A DNA stretch of 64,000 nt from an uncultured Acidobacteriaceae bacterium (GCA_963751225.1 CAVVTY010000022.1:1570-65569), one strand, 5' to 3'. Positions 1 to 11,131 are shown, counted from the stretch's first letter. Notes: generated from the letters alone by a model not told the origin. Numbers and translations are program-made.

Positions 1-572
1 CCGCTGGGTTACAGTTGTTGCCAGCGGCTACATGGGAGCTGATATGCGCTTCTTCTTCGGCGACCAGCTCAACGTCCATCTACACCTACACGGGTGGGCT
101 GACCGGACTGAGCGAGCGGCTTCCTCGGTGGATCGGCTGCGTCGACCGTGTTCTTTGGAACCAACGCCGCGGCAGGCTGTAGTGGCCCCGCAGAAGCCGG
201 TGCGGGGCTACGGCGGGTTCGTGCAGCTTGGCTTGCCGCTGTCGCGCTGGTTCAATGCTGAGCCCAAGGGCCGCAATGCCGGATGGCAAGCCTACTTCGA
301 GTACGGCGTCGATGCCTCCAATGCCGACGACTTCCGCAAGGCGAAGTCCATCGGCGCATCCGGAGCAGGGCCGATCAAGAGAGCTCTGAAAGCCGGGACT
401 TTGTTCTACAAGCTGAACAACTGGGTACAGTTCGGCTTTGAAGAGAGCCAGTATCAGGGGTATGCTGTTCCGAATGAACAAGGACGTTTGCACTACGAAG
501 GTCGCCGGGCAAACCGAACCTGCACCTGCAACCGATTGGCGTACGGAGTTCGGACCGGTGTTCACCTTCTAA
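1..572 (+). CDS. C-terminal part of a putative outer-membrane beta-barrel/porin-like protein (partial, frameshifted)
   Basis: Alternating beta-strand pattern (GGFVQLGLPLS, TLFYKLNNWVQFGFE). An alternative frame ends ...EFGPVFTF* with terminal Phe at TAA 570-572, followed by a terminator. Confidence 0.5.
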
Positions 573-607
573 CGATTCAGACACTTGAATCAAGACTGCT
601 TGACTGC

Positions 608-639
608 AAGGGTGGCCGCGTGAGCGGACCACCCTTTTT
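608..639 (+). terminator. Intrinsic terminator
   Basis: aagggtgg...ccaccc hairpin followed by a T-tract directly after the stop codon. Confidence 0.75.
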
Positions 640-712
640 CCCTGTTCGCCGAAATCTGGTGCAGCTGCGGCTTCGGCATCGTCAGGTGCATCTCTTAGGT
701 TGGCGGTGGAGT

Positions 713-1486
713 ATGAAGTGGATACAGATAATCTGTGTTTGTTTGGTGCTGTCGGAAGCGGCGGTTTGTGCGCAACACATTCCGGCAGGCACGGCCTTGC
801 CGGTGATGCTGAACTCCACGTTGGACGCGAAGAAGGACAAGCCCGGTCACAAGATCTCGGCCCGGGTTATGCAGGAGGTGAGGCTCCCTGACGTAGGAAG
901 CGTTCCCGCAGGAGCTCGCCTAATCGGACACGTTGTCCAAGTGAGTAGCCCAACCGGGACTTCAGGTTCCCGTCTGGTTGTCAAGTTTGATCAACTGAAC
1001 TCGCGCGGACATTCGGTTCCGTTAACGACCAGCCTGCGGGCGGTTGCATCCATGACCGAGGTGTTTGATGCCCAACTGCCGACCAATAACTTCGACGAAT
1101 ATGGGACGAGCATCGCTGACTGGACCACGGTGCAGGTGGGCGGCGATGCCGTGTATCGCGGTGACGGCAAAGTCATCTCGTGGGACAACCGGGTCGTGGG
1201 CAGCGCAACCGTCGGTGGCGACGTGACCGCGAAACTGGCGGCCGTGCCTGATCGGGGATGTCGTGGTGCAATTGAGGGTAACGACAGCGAGCAGGCCTTG
1301 TGGGTTTTCTCAACCACCGCGTGCGGTACATATGGCTTTGGCGAGCTGAAGATCGCCCACGCGGGCAGGACGGATCCTGTAGGTGAAATTGTGCTGGAGT
1401 CACCTATCAACGTACAAGTACGTGGTGGCAGCGGCCTGCTTCTGCGGGTGGTGTCGCCCACGGCGGTATCGGCCAGGACACGCTGA
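713..1486 (+). CDS. Exported hypothetical protein with TrbI/VirB10-like beta motif
   Basis: ATG 713, signal-peptide-like MKWIQIICVCLVLSEAAVCA, then IPAGTALPVMLNSTLD...VPAGARLIGHV motif. Confidence 0.6.
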   Translation: MKWIQIICVCLVLSEAAVCAQHIPAGTALPVMLNSTLDAKKDKPGHKISARVMQEVRLPDVGSVPAGARLIGHVVQVSSPTGTSGSRLVVKFDQLNSRGHSVPLTTSLRAVASMTEVFDAQLPTNNFDEYGTSIADWTTVQVGGDAVYRGDGKVISWDNRVVGSATVGGDVTAKLAAVPDRGCRGAIEGNDSEQALWVFSTTACGTYGFGELKIAHAGRTDPVGEIVLESPINVQVRGGSGLLLRVVSPTAVSARTR

Positions 1487-1568
1487 GCAGGCTCGGTTCG
1501 CGAGGAATCTGTCTTGGCGGACGCGGACGGGCGTTGTTAGAGCAGAAAGAGATGCTTCGCTGAACTCG

Positions 1569-2159
1569 TCATGACGACCCTAATTCTTCGTAGTAGCGTT
1601 CTCCGGCGCAGGCCCGGCACAAAACTTTTCCACCCCGCCTGACTTCGCGCTGAAAGTTAATGCCCTCGCCGCACTCCGCGCACACGATGCGGTCGCCTTT
1701 GTAGCCGGGGAGTTCCTCGGGAGGCAGCGAGACCTTCACCCATTTCACGGTGAATAGATCGTCGGCAGGTATCTCGCGGTAAGCCAGCATCTGCTGCTGG
1801 TTCTTGTTCTCGATTTCAGGATGCATTTGCCGCGCCAGCACCTTCGAGCTTTCCTTCGCACAGACGCGCACGGCGCGGTCCGATTCGAGATCGACAAAGG
1901 TCGCAGCCACTTTGCCCCAATCACGGAACTTGAGCGCACGCTTGCCCAGCCGGCAGCCGGTGACCACCGCAACGGCGTCGGTCGCGCAACGGTCAATCTC
2001 GACGAAAGTAATGAGGCGCTTGCGGTCTTTGCCGTAGGGATCGTCAATGCCGAGCAGTTCAAGCCCGCGCATGGCCAGACGAACCCCTAACACCTGTCCA
2101 GCGCACAGATGTCCGTGGGCCACTTCCGCGTCGCGCAATAGTTCGTCAAAGCTCTTCAA
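1569..2159 (-). CDS. FmdE family protein with C-terminal zinc finger
   Basis: HGHLCAGQVLGVR and VEIDRCATDA motifs; C-terminal CxxC...CxxC. Confidence 0.85.
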   Translation of the reverse strand: MKSFDELLRDAEVAHGHLCAGQVLGVRLAMRGLELLGIDDPYGKDRKRLITFVEIDRCATDAVAVVTGCRLGKRALKFRDWGKVAATFVDLESDRAVRVCAKESSKVLARQMHPEIENKNQQQMLAYREIPADDLFTVKWVKVSLPPEELPGYKGDRIVCAECGEGINFQREVRRGGKVLCRACAGERYYEELGSS

Positions 2160-2216
2160 GATAAGGCATGCTCCAAGTCCGCATTAGCTGATCCCAATCA
2201 GTCACCGAGGTCTGAA

Positions 2217-2370
2217 GGGACACGGCTTCAGCCGTGCCGTTAGTGCTGTCAGGAATAGGGCTTCAGCCTCTCAGGGAAGTCCCCTTTTGTCGCAAAGTGC
2301 AGTCCCTCAGTGGCTAAAGTCGGGTCACGCGGATTATACGGCGCGGCTGGAAGCCGCGCCCTTTCAAAGC
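2217..2370. repeat. REP-like palindromic repeats (cacggcttcagccgtg ... gcggctggaagccgc)
   Basis: Short palindromes with ttcag/tgaag loops in an intergenic space. Confidence 0.6.
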
Positions 2371-2388
2371 CCGCACAACCATAAAGAT

Positions 2389-3054
2389 CTATTCTTCCGG
2401 CGAGGATTCGGACATCACATCCGCGCCGTGTCCACTCACGCTTACAGTGAACTTCTCGCCCGCCTTGGGAAGGAATGTCACCCGCGCCGGTTGCCGGTTC
2501 CAGTGGGGAGCAGCACAGTCTGAGTCGGGCAAGTCTCCACCACTCGCCTTCCCGAGTTCCTTGCGATAGAGCGGTTTCTTGACCCCAATCTCAGCAACAA
2601 CCGCCAGCAGCCGCTCTGCATTGCTGCTCAGACCGCAATAAGCCGCATAGTCGCGATACCAGCTTACCTCTGAATAGAAGGGATCGAAGTCGGGGAGCTT
2701 GAGCGGTGTCACCTTCCCCGAAATGCGGTTCACTAACAACCATCCGCCGAGTTGCCAAAGCCATTTGGGTGACTTGCGGGGATCGTCGGGTAGCGCATCG
2801 TTGATGCGAAACGCCCGGCGCACCACAAACTCGCGATCCGTGACATCGTGCGGCTTGCCGGTGGTGAACTCTTTCAACTTGGTATCGACATACAGCGCGC
2901 GTACCGTGAGATCCATCGCCTTGTCTTCCAATGGATCGACAAACAGCTTGACCGATTGCGGGGCGCCGAATGCAACGACATGCGGCTTGGAAGCTGCGCT
3001 CAGCAAGAGCGGGAACAGCACGAGCACGAGTACGAGTCCACGAAGTATGCGCAT
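2389..3054 (-). CDS. Exported hypothetical protein
   Basis: ORF with signal peptide MRILRGLVLVLVLFPLLLSAA. Confidence 0.65.
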   Translation of the reverse strand: MRILRGLVLVLVLFPLLLSAASKPHVVAFGAPQSVKLFVDPLEDKAMDLTVRALYVDTKLKEFTTGKPHDVTDREFVVRRAFRINDALPDDPRKSPKWLWQLGGWLLVNRISGKVTPLKLPDFDPFYSEVSWYRDYAAYCGLSSNAERLLAVVAEIGVKKPLYRKELGKASGGDLPDSDCAAPHWNRQPARVTFLPKAGEKFTVSVSGHGADVMSESSPEE

Positions 3055-3157
3055 CACTAAGGCAAGGCTAATCCCGGCAAGCATAAGCTGCAATCCCCAA
3101 AAGCAATTTTCGGCATCCCTCCCAGGTCCGCAAGAGCAGAGCCCTGGCGGACTGAAG

Positions 3158-4771
3158 CCTCCCAATGAACAAGTCTATGCTGGCGCCGGAAGGGCAACGA
3201 GTTCATAGCCGAACTCTCTGGCTTGGCGACGCAGGCGGTTTTCCATGCGCGCGCGGTGGCGCTGCTCTTCTTGTGCAAAGATGCTCTCGTCGTAGGGCTC
3301 TCCCGTGCGCAGCAGATGAAACAGAATGCGAGCCAGCTTGTGGGCGGTGGCGGTAATGGCCTTGGGAGCTCCCAAGCGGGCGCGCATGCGGCGATAGTAG
3401 GTGCCCAGATACGACTGACTGCGGTGCAGGGTTTGGGCGGCCATGCGCAAGGCCCGGTTGACTCGGTTACGCGTCCGGCGGGTTTTGCTTGACAAGACTT
3501 GGCCGCCGCTCTTTTTGTTGTCCGGCGATACCCCCAGCCAGGCGGTAAAGGCCGCGGCATTGGCAAAGCGCGATAAATCGGGCCCGATCTCCGCCAACGC
3601 GGTGTGTACGGTGATGGCATTGAGTCCGGGTACGGCCGTCAGATCCACGCCCAGGATGCGGTACAAATGGGTGCGCAGATCAAAGCGAAATTCGTTCTTG
3701 CGGGGCTTATGAGGGTGAGACTCAGGACCCAGCGGGTGTTGCTCCACATCGATTTTGCTGTCCAGGTCCTGCAGGTATTCCTCCATCTCGCGGTCACACG
3801 CCGCGATCAGGGTTTGATAGTGACGATAGGCTTCCAGCGACTGCCGCAGGGTAAACAAATGCTCCCGCCGATAGTCGCCCACCAGCGATTTCATGATGGT
3901 TTCGGGAGTAGCTTTGACCCGCGGGTCCCGCAGCTCGGCCAGCGCTTGGGGATTGCGTTCTCCCGCCAGGATGGCATCCAGGATGGCCAGTCCGCTTTGC
4001 CCGGTCAGATCACTCAGCACGTGATGCAGTTGCAGATTCATCTGGCTGAGCGCTTTTTGCATGTGCTGCACGTGCTCCGCCGCCATTTCCACCAAACCTT
4101 CGCGGTGGCGCAGCAGCGAACGCAGACGGCAGATGGCATCCTGGGGACGAAAGGAGGCGCGCAGCAGTCCCACTGAGTGCAAATACTGCAACCACTGGCA
4201 GTCGGCTACATCGCTCTTGCGTCCGGGCACATGCTTGACGTGGCGCGAGTTGACCAGACAGACTTCCATCCCCCGCGCCTCCAGAATCTGAAACAACGGG
4301 ATCCAGTAGACCCCGGTCGATTCCATGGCTACGGTCCGAATGCGGCAAGCGAGCAACCAGGCCGCCAGCGCCTGCAGGTCTGCCGTAAAGGTTTGGAAGC
4401 TGCGAACCGGGTTCGGCTCCCGGTCCGGCGGTACCGCGACGTAGATTTCCGTGGCTCCTATATCGATCCCGGCTGCATTGGGCTCGATACATTCCAAACT
4501 CGGAACTGCTCCACCCCTGCCCTTGCGCTTGTACTTCATCGTCTCGTCTCCTCTGCCACAGAACGGGCCAAGTCGTGGGCTACAGTAATCTCCCAAACGG
4601 GATCAACGCCCTGCAGCAGGCGTTGTCACCAAAGTTTCGATCACGCAACTTGGGACCATGCTCGTGAACGGGCTCTCGAAAAGCGCCAAAGTGTCGGACG
4701 GCCTGCTTCCCGCCCCGTGGCGGCACCATTGTATTGCCACCATCGCAACTTGTTCATTCCTGTTTCAACCT
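3158..4771 (-). mobile_element. IS110-family insertion sequence
   Basis: Transposase ORF; 11-bp subterminal inverted repeats aatgaacaagt (3164-3174) and acttgttcatt (4748-4758); cct repeated at 3158-3160 and 4769-4771; ~220 bp non-coding region upstream of the ORF. Confidence 0.8.
3175..4539 (-). CDS. IS110 family transposase/recombinase (DEDD RuvC-like + Tnp20 domain)
   Basis: AAGIDIG, VAMESTGVYW, GRKSDVADC motifs; C-terminal AWLGVSPDNKKSGG and AITATAHKLARI. Confidence 0.95.
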   Translation of the reverse strand: MKYKRKGRGGAVPSLECIEPNAAGIDIGATEIYVAVPPDREPNPVRSFQTFTADLQALAAWLLACRIRTVAMESTGVYWIPLFQILEARGMEVCLVNSRHVKHVPGRKSDVADCQWLQYLHSVGLLRASFRPQDAICRLRSLLRHREGLVEMAAEHVQHMQKALSQMNLQLHHVLSDLTGQSGLAILDAILAGERNPQALAELRDPRVKATPETIMKSLVGDYRREHLFTLRQSLEAYRHYQTLIAACDREMEEYLQDLDSKIDVEQHPLGPESHPHKPRKNEFRFDLRTHLYRILGVDLTAVPGLNAITVHTALAEIGPDLSRFANAAAFTAWLGVSPDNKKSGGQVLSSKTRRTRNRVNRALRMAAQTLHRSQSYLGTYYRRMRARLGAPKAITATAHKLARILFHLLRTGEPYDESIFAQEEQRHRARMENRLRRQAREFGYELVALPAPA

Positions 4772-4836
4772 GCCCCAGCAGGTCCCTTGCTCGGGATGAC
4801 AACTCAAATCCCCAGGCGATGTGCGCGCTGTCGTTA

Positions 4837-5610
4837 CTACTTCTTCCCGCGATACAATCCCGCAATGCCGAACGTGTACGGCGTCCAGGAGACCTCGCGG
4901 ACGCCGGCGGTGCGCATGCGCTCCAGCATCTCGTCGGGCGAGGGAAAGCGCAGCACCGAGGCAGGCAGGTAGGCGTAGGGCCCGCGCACGCCTGAGATGA
5001 GCGTGCCGATGGCGGGCAGCACACGGCGGAAGTAGACGCGATAGACCTTCCCGATCAGTCCTGTGGGCTCGCCGAAATCGAGAATGCCTATTTCTCCGTT
5101 GGGCGCGAGCACGCGATAGATTTCGGCCAGCCCGCGATCGTAGTTGGCGAGATTGCGAAATCCGAACGCCGAGGTCACAAGTTGAAACTGTCCCGTGGCG
5201 AACGGCAGGTTCAGCGCGTCGGCCTCGACCCAGCGGATGTTCTTTCCCTGAGACTTTTGCTCCGCGCGCACCAGCATGGCATGAGAAAAGTCGGCGCCAA
5301 TGATTCGCGTGGGCGCTCCGTCTAAGCGCCGGTACAGTGCGAAGGCCATGTCTCCGGTGCCGCAGCACAGGTCGAGCACCTCTGCGCCGGGCCGGCGCAA
5401 CACCTCGGAGAATGCGCGCGCCGTGCGGTTCCACCACAGGCGGTCCACGTTCATGGAGAGTACGTGGTTCAGCAGGTCGTAGCGAGGGGCGATGGAGGTG
5501 AACATCTCGCGCACCGCGTCGGCGGCCGCGGCTTCGTCACGCGCCCCCGGGGGAGCCGCGCCGATGATGCGCTCGTCCGATGGCGCCGCCGGTTTATCGG
5601 GATAGCCCAT
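4837..5610 (-). CDS. menG: Demethylmenaquinone/ubiquinone methyltransferase UbiE/MenG
   Basis: MFTSIAPRYDLLNHVLS, VLDLCCGTGD, FGFRN, AYLPASV motifs. Confidence 0.9.
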   Translation of the reverse strand: MGYPDKPAAPSDERIIGAAPPGARDEAAAADAVREMFTSIAPRYDLLNHVLSMNVDRLWWNRTARAFSEVLRRPGAEVLDLCCGTGDMAFALYRRLDGAPTRIIGADFSHAMLVRAEQKSQGKNIRWVEADALNLPFATGQFQLVTSAFGFRNLANYDRGLAEIYRVLAPNGEIGILDFGEPTGLIGKVYRVYFRRVLPAIGTLISGVRGPYAYLPASVLRFPSPDEMLERMRTAGVREVSWTPYTFGIAGLYRGKK

Positions 5611-5660
5611 GCTCGTATTCCGTCGCGAATGACCTTAGGCGAGGCGAAGACCTCTCGCCC

Positions 5661-5788
5661 TGTCATCCTGAGCGACGAGCGAAGCGAGGAGTCGAAGGAC
5701 CGCTATAGCTGAGGAAATCTTTGCGGAAGTATACGGGTCCTTCGACTGCGTTCGGCCACTGCGCGGCCTCACTCCGCTCAGGATGACA
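5661..5788. repeat. Long palindromic REP/MITE-like repeat (tgtcatcctgagcg...cgctcaggatgaca); relatives near 4777-4803, 7007-7036, 8794-8907, 41057-41113
   Basis: 14-bp terminal inverted repeat plus internal agtcgaaggac/gtccttcgact inversion; partial copies recur in the window. Confidence 0.75.
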
Positions 5789-5828
5789 CCTGACTCAAAA
5801 GATGATCGCCGTGATGAATAATCCAGTC

Positions 5829-6927
5829 CTACGCCGTCGACAGATACTTCGCCTCTTCGATCGCGTGCAGAACGATGCGCTCGGGAACGTCCCTAACCAC
5901 CTCGACTTTGCCGATCCCGGTCGCCAGAACAAAATGCGGCACGCCGCCGACGGTTTTCTTGTCGGCGAGCAGCCGCTTTAGGATCTGCCTGCCCCTGTGC
6001 CTTGAACCTGGGCAACGGGCCGTACGCCAGCACCATCGAGATGATGCGCTGGGCGGTGAGCGCGTCGGTCCTGTCCATCACGTAACCAATGAGGGCGGCG
6101 GCGATCATGCCCCAGCCGACGGCCTCACCGTGCAACAGCTTCTTGTAACCGGTCTCGGCCTCGAACGCGTGGCCGAGCGTATGCCCGAAGTTCAGGATGC
6201 GGCGCTCGCCGCTCTCGCGCTCGTCGGCGCTGACGACATCGGCTTTCACCCAAATGCACGCCGTGATCAGCGTCTCCAGCAACGCGCTATCACGAGCCAG
6301 CAGTGCCTCGCGATTGGACTCCATAAGGTCGAAGATTGCGGGATTGCGGATGACGCCGTACTTCATGGCCTCAAACAGCCCGGAGCGATATTCGCGCTCC
6401 GGCAGCGTCGCCAGTACGTCAGGATCGACGAGCACCGCCAGCGGCTGGTGGAAGGTGCCAATGAGGTTCTTGCCTGACGCAAGATTCACCCCGGTTTTGC
6501 CGCCGATGGCGGAATCGACCTGCGCCAGCAGCGTGGTCGGGATCTGCACCACCGGGACTCCGCGCATGAAGACGGAAGCGAGAAGTCCTCCGACGTCGCC
6601 CACCACGCCACCACCGAGCGCAAGAATGACCGAGCGCCGGTCTGCGCCGCGCTTGATGAGACTGGAGGCGAGCTTTTCCAGTTGCGCAAGCTTCTTGCTG
6701 CGCTCGCCGTCGGGCATCTCGATGACTTCGATTTTGCGGCCGGCCTTACTGAAGCTCTTCGTCAGCACCCCGCCCCAGAGCTTGCGAATCCGCGGAGAGG
6801 TGACGACGAACACGCGCGACTCGACGGGAATGATTTCGCTCAAAGCAGCTCCGGCCGAGCGCAGCAGGCCGCGCCCTACCAGCACTTCATACGACCGCGA
6901 AGCAGTTTGGACAGGGATGCGAGTCAA
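5829..6927 (-). CDS. aroB: 3-dehydroquinate synthase (frameshift near 5995, probably a sequencing error)
   Basis: ALGGGVVGD, PTTLLAQVDSAIGGKTGVN, LNFGHTLGHAFE, LHGEAV; the C-terminus (DKK...) continues in another frame to the stop at 5829. Confidence 0.9.
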
Positions 6928-7177
6928 GCATCTAGTGTAATGGAGAAGGTTGGCTTGGTGCCGTCGAAAGTCATTCACCACAGAGACACAGAGGCTTTGT
7001 GGAGCTGCAGATCCCTCGCTTCGCTCGTAATCACAAATCTCTGGGAATGGCGGTAATGGCGCGATTCCCCATTTGGCACTAGCCCCCGATATAGCGTCTC
7101 CGGCGCTCTTTCTGCGTGCTAACATGAGCCTTGAGAGCAGGGATACGGCGCGATTTGCGCCCACAGTTTCCGTGGTT

Positions 7178-8746
7178 ATGAAAGCTCTTCCGTCCGAGAC
7201 CGACTTCATCGTGGTGGGTGCAGGCATTGCCGGACTGCGCGCGGCGGTGGAACTTGCGCCCGCGGGCCGCGTGCTCTGCCTCGCCAAACGCGAGGTGACG
7301 GAATCCAATACCCGGTACGCGCAAGGTGGTATCGCCGCGGCGCTCAGCGACGATGACGAAGTGCGTCTGCATCTGGAGGACACGTTCAAGGCCGGCGACG
7401 GCCTGTGCAACGAAGAAGCGGCGCGCATTCTGGTGGAAGAAGGCCCGCCGCGCATCGAAGAGCTCATCGAGTGGGGCATGGAGTTCGATCGCGCGGGCAC
7501 CAAACTGGCCTTCACCCGCGAGGGAGCGCACAGCCGCAGCCGCGTGCTGCACGCCCACGGAGATTCCACCGGCCGCGAACTGGCCCGCTCGCTGTATCTG
7601 AAGGCCGCGGCGCTGAAGCCCATCGCCTTCCATGATTTTGAGTTCACCACCGACCTGCTGCTGCACGACGGCCGTGTGGCAGGCGTGCGCGTGCTCGACC
7701 AGGCGGGACGGTCGCACGAAATTCATGCCAACTCGGTGCTGCTGGCAACAGGTGGACTCGGCCAAGTGTACAGCGACACCACCAATCCTGCGGTCGCAAC
7801 CGGCGACGGCGTGGCCATGGCGCATCGCGCGGGAGCCGAGATTAACGATATGGAGTTCGTGCAGTTCCATCCTACGGCCCTGTTCCTGAAGAACGCGCCG
7901 CGATTCCTTTTGTCGGAGGCGCTGCGCGGCGAAGGCGGCTATCTGCGCAACTTCGAGCTGACGCGTTTCATGCCGCACTATCACGAGGCGGGCGAATTGG
8001 CGCCGCGCGATGTGGTGGCGCGGGCCATCGCGCATGAACTGGAACGCGTGAATCGTCCTGATGCTGCCGTGTATCTCGACTTGACGCATCTTCCGTCCAA
8101 GCGCGTGCGCGAGCGCTTCCCGACGATCTACGCCACTTGCATGCAGTACAACATCGACATCACTACCGAACTGGTGCCGGTCCGTCCTGCGGCGCACTAC
8201 GCGATGGGCGGCGTCCGCACCGACTTGCGCGGCCAGACATCCATTCCCGGCCTCTTCGCCGCTGGAGAAGTTGCGTGCACCGGCGTGCATGGCGCAAATC
8301 GACTGGCGAGCAATTCCCTGCTCGAGGGGCTGGTGTACGGATCGCGCGCGGCGCAGAACATGCGTCAGCATTTCCGGGCAAGCCACAAGAGTCCGGTGGC
8401 GAGCGCCAAAGGCGGGTCTGCGAACAGCAACGGTCAGCCCGCAGAGACGGAGAAGTTCATCAAGAGGGTGCAATCGCTGATGTGGCGACACGTCGGCGTG
8501 GTGCGCGAAGGGAAAAATTTGCGGCAGGTCGCTGCGGAGTTGAGTGCTCTACAAGCGCCGGCGGGTGGCGATCGGCGCTCGCGTGAGGCGGCTAACATCC
8601 TGCAAACCGGATTGCTGATTGCGCGCTCGGCGCTGGCCCGCGAAGAGAGCCGCGGGGCTCACTATCGCCTGGATTATCCGCTGAAAAACGAAGCCCGGTT
8701 CCACAAGCATTCGGTGTTGAGCGGGGAGAAGATACGGTTCGAGTGA
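7178..8746 (+). CDS. nadB: L-aspartate oxidase
   Basis: GAGIAGL, YAQGGIAAA, EGAHSRSRVLH, EFVQFHPT, GVHGANRLASNSLLEG, EESRGAHYRLDYP. Confidence 0.95.
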   Translation: MKALPSETDFIVVGAGIAGLRAAVELAPAGRVLCLAKREVTESNTRYAQGGIAAALSDDDEVRLHLEDTFKAGDGLCNEEAARILVEEGPPRIEELIEWGMEFDRAGTKLAFTREGAHSRSRVLHAHGDSTGRELARSLYLKAAALKPIAFHDFEFTTDLLLHDGRVAGVRVLDQAGRSHEIHANSVLLATGGLGQVYSDTTNPAVATGDGVAMAHRAGAEINDMEFVQFHPTALFLKNAPRFLLSEALRGEGGYLRNFELTRFMPHYHEAGELAPRDVVARAIAHELERVNRPDAAVYLDLTHLPSKRVRERFPTIYATCMQYNIDITTELVPVRPAAHYAMGGVRTDLRGQTSIPGLFAAGEVACTGVHGANRLASNSLLEGLVYGSRAAQNMRQHFRASHKSPVASAKGGSANSNGQPAETEKFIKRVQSLMWRHVGVVREGKNLRQVAAELSALQAPAGGDRRSREAANILQTGLLIARSALAREESRGAHYRLDYPLKNEARFHKHSVLSGEKIRFE

Positions 8747-9013
8747 GCCAGTTGTCAGTAGCCAGAAGCATCATCTTTCGTATCAAGAGACAAGCGAAGC
8801 GAGTCGAGGGGCCCCTAGAGTGAGCTGTTGGCATCCGTTCGTTATAGGGGTCCTTCGACTCCGTGCAAGCCCGCAGCTGCGGCCTCGCGCTCCGCTCAGG
8901 ATGTCAGATGGCAACTTCGAAGCGAGAACTGAATACCGAACGCTGACTACCGGCTACTGGCTACTGACCCCCTGCCTTTCTGTTATCTTGGTCAATCACT
9001 CTTCGAGGTCGTA

Positions 9014-9566
9014 ATGTCCACAACCCAGTTGTCGGTCACCGACCGGCCGCAACCCAGTAGGATGTACCGCTGGCTGGTGCTGATCTTTGTCAGCCTGGCC
9101 ATGTTCGGGAACTACTACTTCTACGATGCGCTCAGCCCCATCGCCGACCTGCTGGTGAAGCAGCTTCACTTCACCGACGCAAACATTGGTCTGCTACAGG
9201 CAGCCTACAGTTTTCCCAACATATTTACGGTGGTAATTGGGGGAGTCATCATTGATCGCATCGGGCTGCGGCGCTCGACGTTGATCTACGGGGTACTCTG
9301 TTTTGTGGGCGCGATTATCACGGTGCTCACCAGCCACCTCTGGGTCATGGCAACGGGCCGCCTGGTTTTCGGTATGGGCGCCGAATCGCTCATCGTCGCC
9401 GTGACCACCGCGTTGGCCAAGTGGTTCAAGGGCAAGGAGCTCAGCTTCGCCTTCGGCGTAAACCTGACAGTCTGCCGGATAGGGTCGTTCCTCGCGTTAA
9501 ATTCGCCAAGCTGGGCCAAGGCGGCTTACGTGAATTGGCGCTACCCTTTCCTGATTGGCGTGGGCA
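9014..9566 (+). pseudogene. MFS transporter, N-terminal half only (cut at junction)
   Basis: About six TM segments with MFS motif [11 protein letters not shown]; ends abruptly where typA sequence begins. Confidence 0.7.
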
Positions 9567-11131
9567 CGCCCTGAAGATGGTGGACGGCGTGATGCTGCTG
9601 GTGGACGCAGCCGAAGGCCCGCTGCCGCAGACGCGCTACGTGCTTGCCAAGGCGCTGGAAGCGAAGCTCGCGCCGATTGTGGTGATCAACAAGATCGACC
9701 GGCCCGACGCGCGTCCGCAGGAAGTGCTGAACGAGATCTACGACCTCTTCATCGATCTGGATGCGGACGAGTCGCAGCTTGGATTTTCCTGTTCTCTACG
9801 CGGTGGCGAAGGCAGGCACCGCGACGCGCGACATCAATGTTCCCGGCGAAGATCTGAAGCCCCTGTTTGAGACGATCGTTTCGACAATTCCCCCGGCGAC
9901 CGGGAACGCGGAAGGCGCGCTGCAGATTCTCGTAACGAATCTCGATTACTCCGACTACTTTGGCCGCATTGCCATCTGCCGCGTGTTTCAGGGAACGCTG
10001 CACGCGGGCGATGACGTTGTTATCTCCAAGCGCGATGGATCGCTGCACAAAACACGGATCACGAAGCTCTTCACGTTTTCAGGGCTCAAGCGGATTGAGA
10101 CCACGGAGACGACCATGGGCGACATTGTCGCGGTCGCCGGCGTGGAAGGCATCACCATCGGCGAGACAATCACGAGCATTGAGACGCCTGCGCCGCTGCC
10201 GCTGATTGTGATTGACGAGCCGACTATCGCGATCCAGTTCAGCGTGAACAACTCGCCGTTTGCGGGCCGCGAAGGCCAGTACGTGACCAGCCGCAACCTG
10301 CGCGAGCGGCTTGAAAAGGAATTGCTGACCAACGTTTCGATTCGCGTGGAGGAGACAGGATCGCCGGACAGCTTCAAGGTGCTGGGCCGAGGCGAACTGC
10401 AGCTCGCGATCCTTATCGAGATGATGCGGCGCGAGAACTTCGAACTGATGGCGGGACGTCCGGAGATTGTGACGAAGGTCGTGGACGGCGTTCGCATGGA
10501 ACCGGTGGAGCATCTGACGATCGATGTGCCTGAACAGCATACGGGCGTGGTGATCGAAAAGCTTGGCCCGCGCAAAGGCGAGATGACGAAGATGCACAAT
10601 CACGGTTCAGGCCGCGTGCGGTTGGAATTTCGCGTGCCCAGCCGTGGGCTGATCGGATTGCGCAGCGAGATGCTGACGGAGACGCGCGGCACCATCGTGA
10701 TGAATGCGTTGTTCGACGGCTACATTCCGTACCAGGGCGAAATCCCCCAACGGCCCACCGGCGCGCTGATCGCCGACAGACAGGGCCTGACGACAACCTA
10801 TTCGCTGAACGGCTTGCAGGAGCGGGGAATTCTGTTTGTCGGGGCGGGAGTGGATGTGTACGAAGGAATGGTCGTGGGCGAGCATTCGCGCGACAACGAT
10901 CTCGACGTGAACGTGGTCCGCGAAAAGAAGCTGACCAATATGCGCGCATCGAGCGCCGACGATGCCATCCGCCTGGTGCCCTACAAGACGCTCAACCTTG
11001 AACAGGCCATCGAGTTCATTGCCGATGACGAGATGGTTGAGGTCACGCCAAAGTCGCTGCGCCTCCGCAAGAAGATCCTCCAGGCCAATCGCAGGCCGAA
11101 GCGCTGGGAAAAGGTGGAGCAGCTCAGCTGA
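9567..11131 (+). CDS. typA: GTPase TypA/BipA lacking its N-terminal G1-G3 region; frameshift near 9781
   Basis: [59 protein letters not shown]. Confidence 0.9.

Noticed and set aside
32-7650. Long ORF calls 32..1486 (+) and 5893..7650 (-), and antisense ORFs such as 7079..8491
   Set aside because: Read-through extensions or shadows of real genes in high-GC DNA; the supported starts are 713 and 6927
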